This document shows, in pieces, positions 27,435 to 32,288 of a DNA stretch of 32,288 bases. A program made the position numbers and the translations under genes. The DNA comes from a virus (taxonomy: Duplodnaviria; Caudoviricetes). The notes under the pieces are model-generated. The model saw only the letters and a list, made by a program, of their open reading frames with translations. It was not told where the DNA came from and did no database searches. The DNA is taken from IMG/VR virus record IMGVR_UViG_3300032320_001782, positions 1 to 32,288 of that record. One strand, written 5' to 3'. Positions within the stretch are counted from its first letter, which is position 1; the number at the start of each line of letters is the position of its first letter.

Positions 27435-29311
27435 TATGCTGTCAAGTTTCCGCTAAGTAGCCACTCATTGGTTGAAATTTTAATGAGAGAACCTACAGCA
27501 TACCTAGCTTTTGTTGTAAAGCGAGATCCTTCTGTTCTAACAAATACACCAGGCGAGCCCTCTACTCTTACCTGACCAACTCCTAGCTGAGTAAATAAAA
27601 TTTGAGTTCCTACTGCAAATGTATATCCTCCAGCACCATCTAATGGAACTGTGATTACTGTAACTGAGGAACTATTCATCTTAACTATTGTTGATATATC
27701 TGATGCAGTTAAAGTTGTAGATGCTAGATATGTTCCTTGAGGAATGTTGTATGTTGCTGGTCCTGTTGCTCCCGTAGGACCAGTTACTGCAGGACCTGTT
27801 GGCCCTACATCACCTTGAGGACCTGTAGGACCTGGAACTGTGCTTACTGGTCCAGTAGCACCCGTAGGTCCCGTTACAGATGGACCAGTTGCACCAGTAG
27901 GTCCAACAATCTGACCTACGCTTGCCCAGTTGAGCCCGTTCCATACATAGAGGAAACCGTTAGCGGTAACTACATAAGCATCATTTAGAGAGTTACCAGA
28001 TGCTGGTAGATTTACTACCTGTGGAACGCTACCCTTAACATTGATGGAAGTTCCCTGTGCACCCGTTGGCCCAGTTGGGCCGACTTCTCCAGATCCAAGA
28101 ACTAAGTTCCAAGAAGCGTATGTATTACCATCTCCATTTATTTTATCTACTAAAAGTGTAATAGATAGAGCATTAATTACTGTTATAACGCCTTCCATAA
28201 AGTTGCTTGGAACTGCGCTACTTGCTAAACGTGCTCTAGTTCCTACAGTAAAAGCGTCAACTTTATTCACAACAAAAGTTTTTATTCCGCCAGTACTAAT
28301 ACTTAGATTACTTGTAGAGGTGACACCGATATAACTTGCACCTTGTGCACCTGTTGGACCTGTAACGCTTGGTCCTGTGGGTCCAACTGGACCTACCGCT
28401 CCTGTCGGTCCTGTTACATTGCTAGCTGCACCAGTTGCTCCTGTTGGACCAGTGGGTCCTGGAATAGTTGATGCTGCACCAGTAGGACCTGTTGAACCAG
28501 TTGCTCCACGAGCACCTGTTGCACCAGCGGGACCACCAGCACCTGTTGCGCCAGTAGAACCTGTAGGTCCTGTAGGACCTCCTGAAGGGCCAGTAGGTCC
28601 TGAAACTCCTGTTGGACCTGTAATACTTGCACCTGTTGCACCTGTTGCACCCTGAGGACCTGTTGCACCGATAAAACCTCGAGCACCCGTTGGTCCTGTT
28701 ACACCTTGTGCACCAGTTGCACCCGTAGGTCCTACCTCACCCTGAGAACCTGTAGCACCAGTAACACCTTGACCTTGAGGACCTGTTACGCCTCTTGGAC
28801 CTTCAATACCTTGAATACCTTGTGGACCAGTTGGACCAAGTCCACCCGTAGGTCCTACAACAGATATACCTTGTGGACCAGTTGCGCCAGATACTCCTCT
28901 AGGACCAGTTGCTCCTGTAGGTCCTGTCGCACCAGTTGGTCCAATTACTGTGCTTGCCGCACCAGTAGGGCCTGTAGCACCAGTTGGTCCACCTATACCA
29001 ATATTAGAAGAAGCAGACTCTACCCAGTAGCTATCGTAGTAAACATATATTTGACCAGTTTCAGCATTAAACCAAGCGTCTCCTACGCTTGGAGAAGCTG
29101 GAGGAGTTACTGCTGAAATACTAAAAGAACCACGAGACCCAGTAGGTCCTGTAACTGTACTTGGAGCTCCTTGCGGTCCAGTAGGACCTGTTGCACCCAC
29201 TACTGTTGAAACAACTAAGTTCCAAGCAATTCCATCCCATTTCCAAGATTGAATACCTGATGTAAAGATCTGATTCAGTGTTGGCGAATTAGGAAAATCA
29301 ATAGCTGGCAT
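27434..29311 (-). CDS. Collagen-like fibre protein (625 aa)
   Basis: [10 protein letters not shown] head, GDAWFN module, Gly-X-Thr tracts, NDAYVV..LYVW module and C-terminal ITVP...FAVGTQI...WLLSGNL. Confidence 0.88.
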   Translation of the reverse strand: MPAIDFPNSPTLNQIFTSGIQSWKWDGIAWNLVVSTVVGATGPTGPQGAPSTVTGPTGSRGSFSISAVTPPASPSVGDAWFNAETGQIYVYYDSYWVESASSNIGIGGPTGATGPTGAASTVIGPTGATGPTGATGPRGVSGATGPQGISVVGPTGGLGPTGPQGIQGIEGPRGVTGPQGQGVTGATGSQGEVGPTGATGAQGVTGPTGARGFIGATGPQGATGATGASITGPTGVSGPTGPSGGPTGPTGSTGATGAGGPAGATGARGATGSTGPTGAASTIPGPTGPTGATGAASNVTGPTGAVGPVGPTGPSVTGPTGAQGASYIGVTSTSNLSISTGGIKTFVVNKVDAFTVGTRARLASSAVPSNFMEGVITVINALSITLLVDKINGDGNTYASWNLVLGSGEVGPTGPTGAQGTSINVKGSVPQVVNLPASGNSLNDAYVVTANGFLYVWNGLNWASVGQIVGPTGATGPSVTGPTGATGPVSTVPGPTGPQGDVGPTGPAVTGPTGATGPATYNIPQGTYLASTTLTASDISTIVKMNSSSVTVITVPLDGAGGYTFAVGTQILFTQLGVGQVRVEGSPGVFVRTEGSRFTTKARYAVGSLIKISTNEWLLSGNLTA

Positions 29312-29320
29312 TTTTTATAT
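29268..29320. repeat. 53-bp perfect direct repeat B, copy 1 (gene start plus 9 nt of leader)
   Basis: atctgattcagtgttggcgaattaggaaaatcaatagctggcattttttatat is identical to 29986-30038. Confidence 0.92.
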
Positions 29321-29324
29321 TCTC

Positions 29325-30029
29325 CTAACTCAGTAACGATTCGTATGTAATTTGAATAAGAATTTTATCGTTGGAGTTGAAAAGAAACGGAGTGTCCTGA
29401 GTTACAGGAACACCTTCAACAAAGACAGATGATTGCGAGTGCATGTATAACTCGACACGATCTGTTACACCACCATTAAATATTGCAGTTCCAAAATAAT
29501 TAGTTCCTGGTCCCTCATCGCGCATTACAACTTGACCTACAGGTTGGAAATTTTCAATAACTCCTGGAGTTGGAAGAGATACGGTATATGTTCCAGAACC
29601 ACGATTAAACCCAGAAGTACCAGCAATAATACGAATTTCACCAACAATTGTTGCACCAATGTTTACATATCTCCCCGTGATACTTCCATTACCTAGAACT
29701 GGGTTAGTGATACTGCCTCTCAAAATAGGTGTATATGTTGCCCAAGGAGTAATTGCAAAACTACCAGTTGCACCAGCGGGTCCTGTCGGACCAGGCACGG
29801 TTGAACCTGGTCCCGTTGGTCCAGTAAGACCCGTCAAACCTTGTGGTCCAGTAGGACCTGTTGCGCCAATAGCAGTCGAGTCACTACCAGCAGGACCAGT
29901 AGGTCCAGTAGGCCCCTGAGCACTAGTACGAACTAGTCTCCAAGCAGTTCCGTTCCATTTATATGTTTGAATACCATTTGTGTATATCTGATTCAGTGTT
30001 GGCGAATTAGGAAAATCAATAGCTGGCAT
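29325..30029 (-). CDS. Short collagen-like fibre protein (234 aa)
   Basis: [15 protein letters not shown] head, short GPT tract and C-terminal beta-domain (WATYTP...GNGSITGRY...YTVSLP...ITYE). Confidence 0.88.
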   Translation of the reverse strand: MPAIDFPNSPTLNQIYTNGIQTYKWNGTAWRLVRTSAQGPTGPTGPAGSDSTAIGATGPTGPQGLTGLTGPTGPGSTVPGPTGPAGATGSFAITPWATYTPILRGSITNPVLGNGSITGRYVNIGATIVGEIRIIAGTSGFNRGSGTYTVSLPTPGVIENFQPVGQVVMRDEGPGTNYFGTAIFNGGVTDRVELYMHSQSSVFVEGVPVTQDTPFLFNSNDKILIQITYESLLS

Positions 30030-30038
30030 TTTTTATAT
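29986..30038. repeat. 53-bp perfect direct repeat B, copy 2
   Basis: Identical to 29268-29320, offset by 718 bp. Confidence 0.92.
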
Positions 30039-30045
30039 CCTTTCC

Positions 30046-32288
30046 TTAGAGAGCATTCGCAATGAAGGAGCCGCTAATATATATTGCGGAGGCTGAGGTC
30101 AATGTTACAGGTGCAGCACCTGTTAAGGCAGTCCGTACATCATTTGTACCTAAATAGAACAGATCCATAAATGCTGAACCAGATGTGTTACTACCTACGA
30201 TGTTATATGTAGCACCAGAGAAGCCTCCAGCAACATCTACAATACCATAATAGACATAAGAGAAACCAGTCAAAGGAATAAATGGAAGTGTCAGCCTGTA
30301 TTGACCAGTTCCCACGGCTACCACGTTGGCGAAGTTAATACTGATACTAAAGGTTACATGATCTCCGTACCTTACATATCTTGAAGTTGTAGGTGTTCCG
30401 ACAAAGTTTAACCCTGTTCCCGACCACACAGATGTGTATGCTGTAGTTGCAGGTGCTCCTACAGGTCCCTGTACTCCTGTAGGACCAGTTGGGCCAATCT
30501 TATCTACAATATCTATAACTCCACCAATAGCAAGATCTGTAACGTCTTGATAGATGATTTGGCTAGGAGCATTTAAAGGTACGTCGTAGACAATAACTTT
30601 ATCTAGACTAGATAAGTTACGGCCAGCGGTTGTGCTGTTATTGCTTGTACCTGAAACGTTTGAAGTAGATCCAGAGCTTATTCGAAGTGCAAAAGAGTTA
30701 GTTACTTGAACATCACTTACATCAAAATACATTTTTTCACCGCGAACTGCGGTAAGTGTTGGGTTGTCTCCAAGTAAACCAGAAACAGTAAATGCACCGT
30801 TATCACCTGTAGAAGCAATGTAATAAGTCACACCGCCTCTAGGACCAGTGGCTCCCTGTGCACCTGTTGGGCCTGTGACGGTAGAAGGTGCACCTGTCGG
30901 ACCTGTAGGACCAGTAACGCTAGGACCTGTTGGTCCAGTTGGACCTACTACAGTAGAAGCAGCACCTGTTGGACCAGTAGGACCTGTGACGCTCGGTCCA
31001 GTTGGACCAGTTGGGCCTGGCACAGTTGACGGTGCACCAGTTGGACCAGCTGGACCAATTAAAGGTCCTCCATCAATCCAACCATTGCTAGCTGTGTAAA
31101 TATAAATAGTGTTTTCTGCGTAAATTATATAGAAGTCGCCAACAGCACCTGCAGTTGCTCCAGCTGCCGCTGCGAACTCTGCATATGTATTGTAAAAGCC
31201 TTTTGCTTGTGAACCTACTCCTTGCGGACCAGTTGGTCCTGTAACAACAGGTCCAGTTGCTCCTCTAGATCCAGTTGGTCCTGTAGGACCAGTAATAGAT
31301 GCACCAGTTGGCCCAGTTACACCTTGACCTCCTTGAGGCCCGGTTGGACCTGTTGCTCCACCAAACTCAGAAGTTCCTACTTCAACCCAGAAGTTGTCGT
31401 AATAAAGATATACTGCACCAGTTTCAGTTTCAAACCAAGTATCTCCCGGAGTTGCTCCAGTAGGTGCTGTTGCAAATGCTGGTACAAACTCTCCTTGCAT
31501 ACCAGTAGGTCCTGTATTTCCAGTTGGACCCGTAGGTCCTGTAGGTCCAGTAACACCCGTAGGACCTGTAACAGTTGATGGTGCACCTGTAGCACCTGTT
31601 GCACCTGTCGGTCCTGTAGGTCCAGTAAAACCTAAGAAACCTTGAATACCTTGTGGTCCTGTTGGACCAGTTATAGATGCACCAGTAGCACCTGTTGGGC
31701 CAGTAATACCTCTATACCCTGTAGGTCCAGTCGCTCCTGTAGGACCAGTTACTGTTGAAGGCGCACCCGTTGGTCCTGTTGCACCTGTTGCACCAGTTGG
31801 GCCGACGGGAGATGCACCTGTCTCAATCCAATATGAATCGTAATAAACATAAGTTTTTCCATTAGCGGTGTTAAACCAAGCATCACCTGCATCTGGAGAT
31901 GCTGGAGGTGTATCAGAAACAATTGCAAAATTACCAATCTCACCCGTTGCACCTGTAGGACCAGTTGCACCTGTAGAGCCAGTGACTGAGTTTCCTTGTG
32001 GGCCAGTTGGACCTTGAATACTTCCAACGTTTACCCATGAAGATGTTGTTGCTGACCAAACATAAAGAGAACCAGATACAAGATAGCCATCTCCAGGATT
32101 TCCTGTTGGTTGCGCTGCTTGTAGTGCGGCAAGAGTTGGATAAGAACCGAGAATCGTTACACCAGTACCTGACGCACCAGTAGGTCCATTTACAGTCATA
32201 CCAGTTGCACCAGTAGCACCAGTAGCTCCCGTTGCACCAGTACTGCCTTGAATACCTGTGTTTCCAGTTGGTCCAGTTACACCAGTAG
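30046..32288 (-). CDS. Collagen-like fibre protein (5' end beyond window, >747 aa)
   Basis: The frame stays open past the listed ATG at 32199 to the window edge ([20 protein letters not shown]...). It has Gly-X-Thr tracts, GDAWFN/GDTWF modules, a degenerate cupredoxin-like module and a C-terminal beta-domain. Confidence 0.88.
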   Translation of the reverse strand, partial: TGVTGPTGNTGIQGSTGATGATGATGATGMTVNGPTGASGTGVTILGSYPTLAALQAAQPTGNPGDGYLVSGSLYVWSATTSSWVNVGSIQGPTGPQGNSVTGSTGATGPTGATGEIGNFAIVSDTPPASPDAGDAWFNTANGKTYVYYDSYWIETGASPVGPTGATGATGPTGAPSTVTGPTGATGPTGYRGITGPTGATGASITGPTGPQGIQGFLGFTGPTGPTGATGATGAPSTVTGPTGVTGPTGPTGPTGNTGPTGMQGEFVPAFATAPTGATPGDTWFETETGAVYLYYDNFWVEVGTSEFGGATGPTGPQGGQGVTGPTGASITGPTGPTGSRGATGPVVTGPTGPQGVGSQAKGFYNTYAEFAAAAGATAGAVGDFYIIYAENTIYIYTASNGWIDGGPLIGPAGPTGAPSTVPGPTGPTGPSVTGPTGPTGAASTVVGPTGPTGPSVTGPTGPTGAPSTVTGPTGAQGATGPRGGVTYYIASTGDNGAFTVSGLLGDNPTLTAVRGEKMYFDVSDVQVTNSFALRISSGSTSNVSGTSNNSTTAGRNLSSLDKVIVYDVPLNAPSQIIYQDVTDLAIGGVIDIVDKIGPTGPTGVQGPVGAPATTAYTSVWSGTGLNFVGTPTTSRYVRYGDHVTFSISINFANVVAVGTGQYRLTLPFIPLTGFSYVYYGIVDVAGGFSGATYNIVGSNTSGSAFMDLFYLGTNDVRTALTGAAPVTLTSASAIYISGSFIANAL

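Noticed and set aside
32197-32199. ATG 32199 as the start of the last collagen gene
   Set aside because: The frame remains open with collagen triplets to the window edge, so the true start lies outside the window.

Overview
The window is part of a tailed dsDNA phage genome. A WhiB gene and TAnnnT-type promoters point to an actinobacterial host, and the AT-rich composition suggests a low-GC, possibly freshwater lineage (inference). Two transcription blocks converge at about 8.2 kb. The + strand (1-8221) carries replication and recombination genes: the end of a family-A DNA polymerase, a RuvC-like resolvase, a SNF2-like helicase, a Cas4-like nuclease, a Sak4-like AAA ATPase and a DUF669 SSB. 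These are followed by a T4 beta-glucosyltransferase-like protein, small hypotheticals, DUF6378 and a WhiB with an extra Zn-ribbon. The - strand (32288-8199) is one long, tightly packed run of virion-fibre genes: six Gly-X-Thr collagen-like genes, a 7-bladed beta-propeller and two giant repeat proteins. It ends in four enzymes: a subtilisin, a SAM methyltransferase, a GT2-TPR glycosyltransferase and a flavin-dependent halogenase. The best candidate for a new system is this collagen-plus-enzyme block, which resembles a phage version of the spore BclA/SgtA glycosylated-collagen system with added protease, methyltransferase and halogenase. Other notable signals are a giant structural gene apparently split mid-repeat into two genes, two different perfect 53-bp direct repeats that could swap or delete fibre modules, a putative blue-copper site at a fibre tip, a gene probably starting at ATT, and a leaderless WhiB promoter with tandem operator-like repeats. 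All family calls come from motif recognition; no database searches were run.
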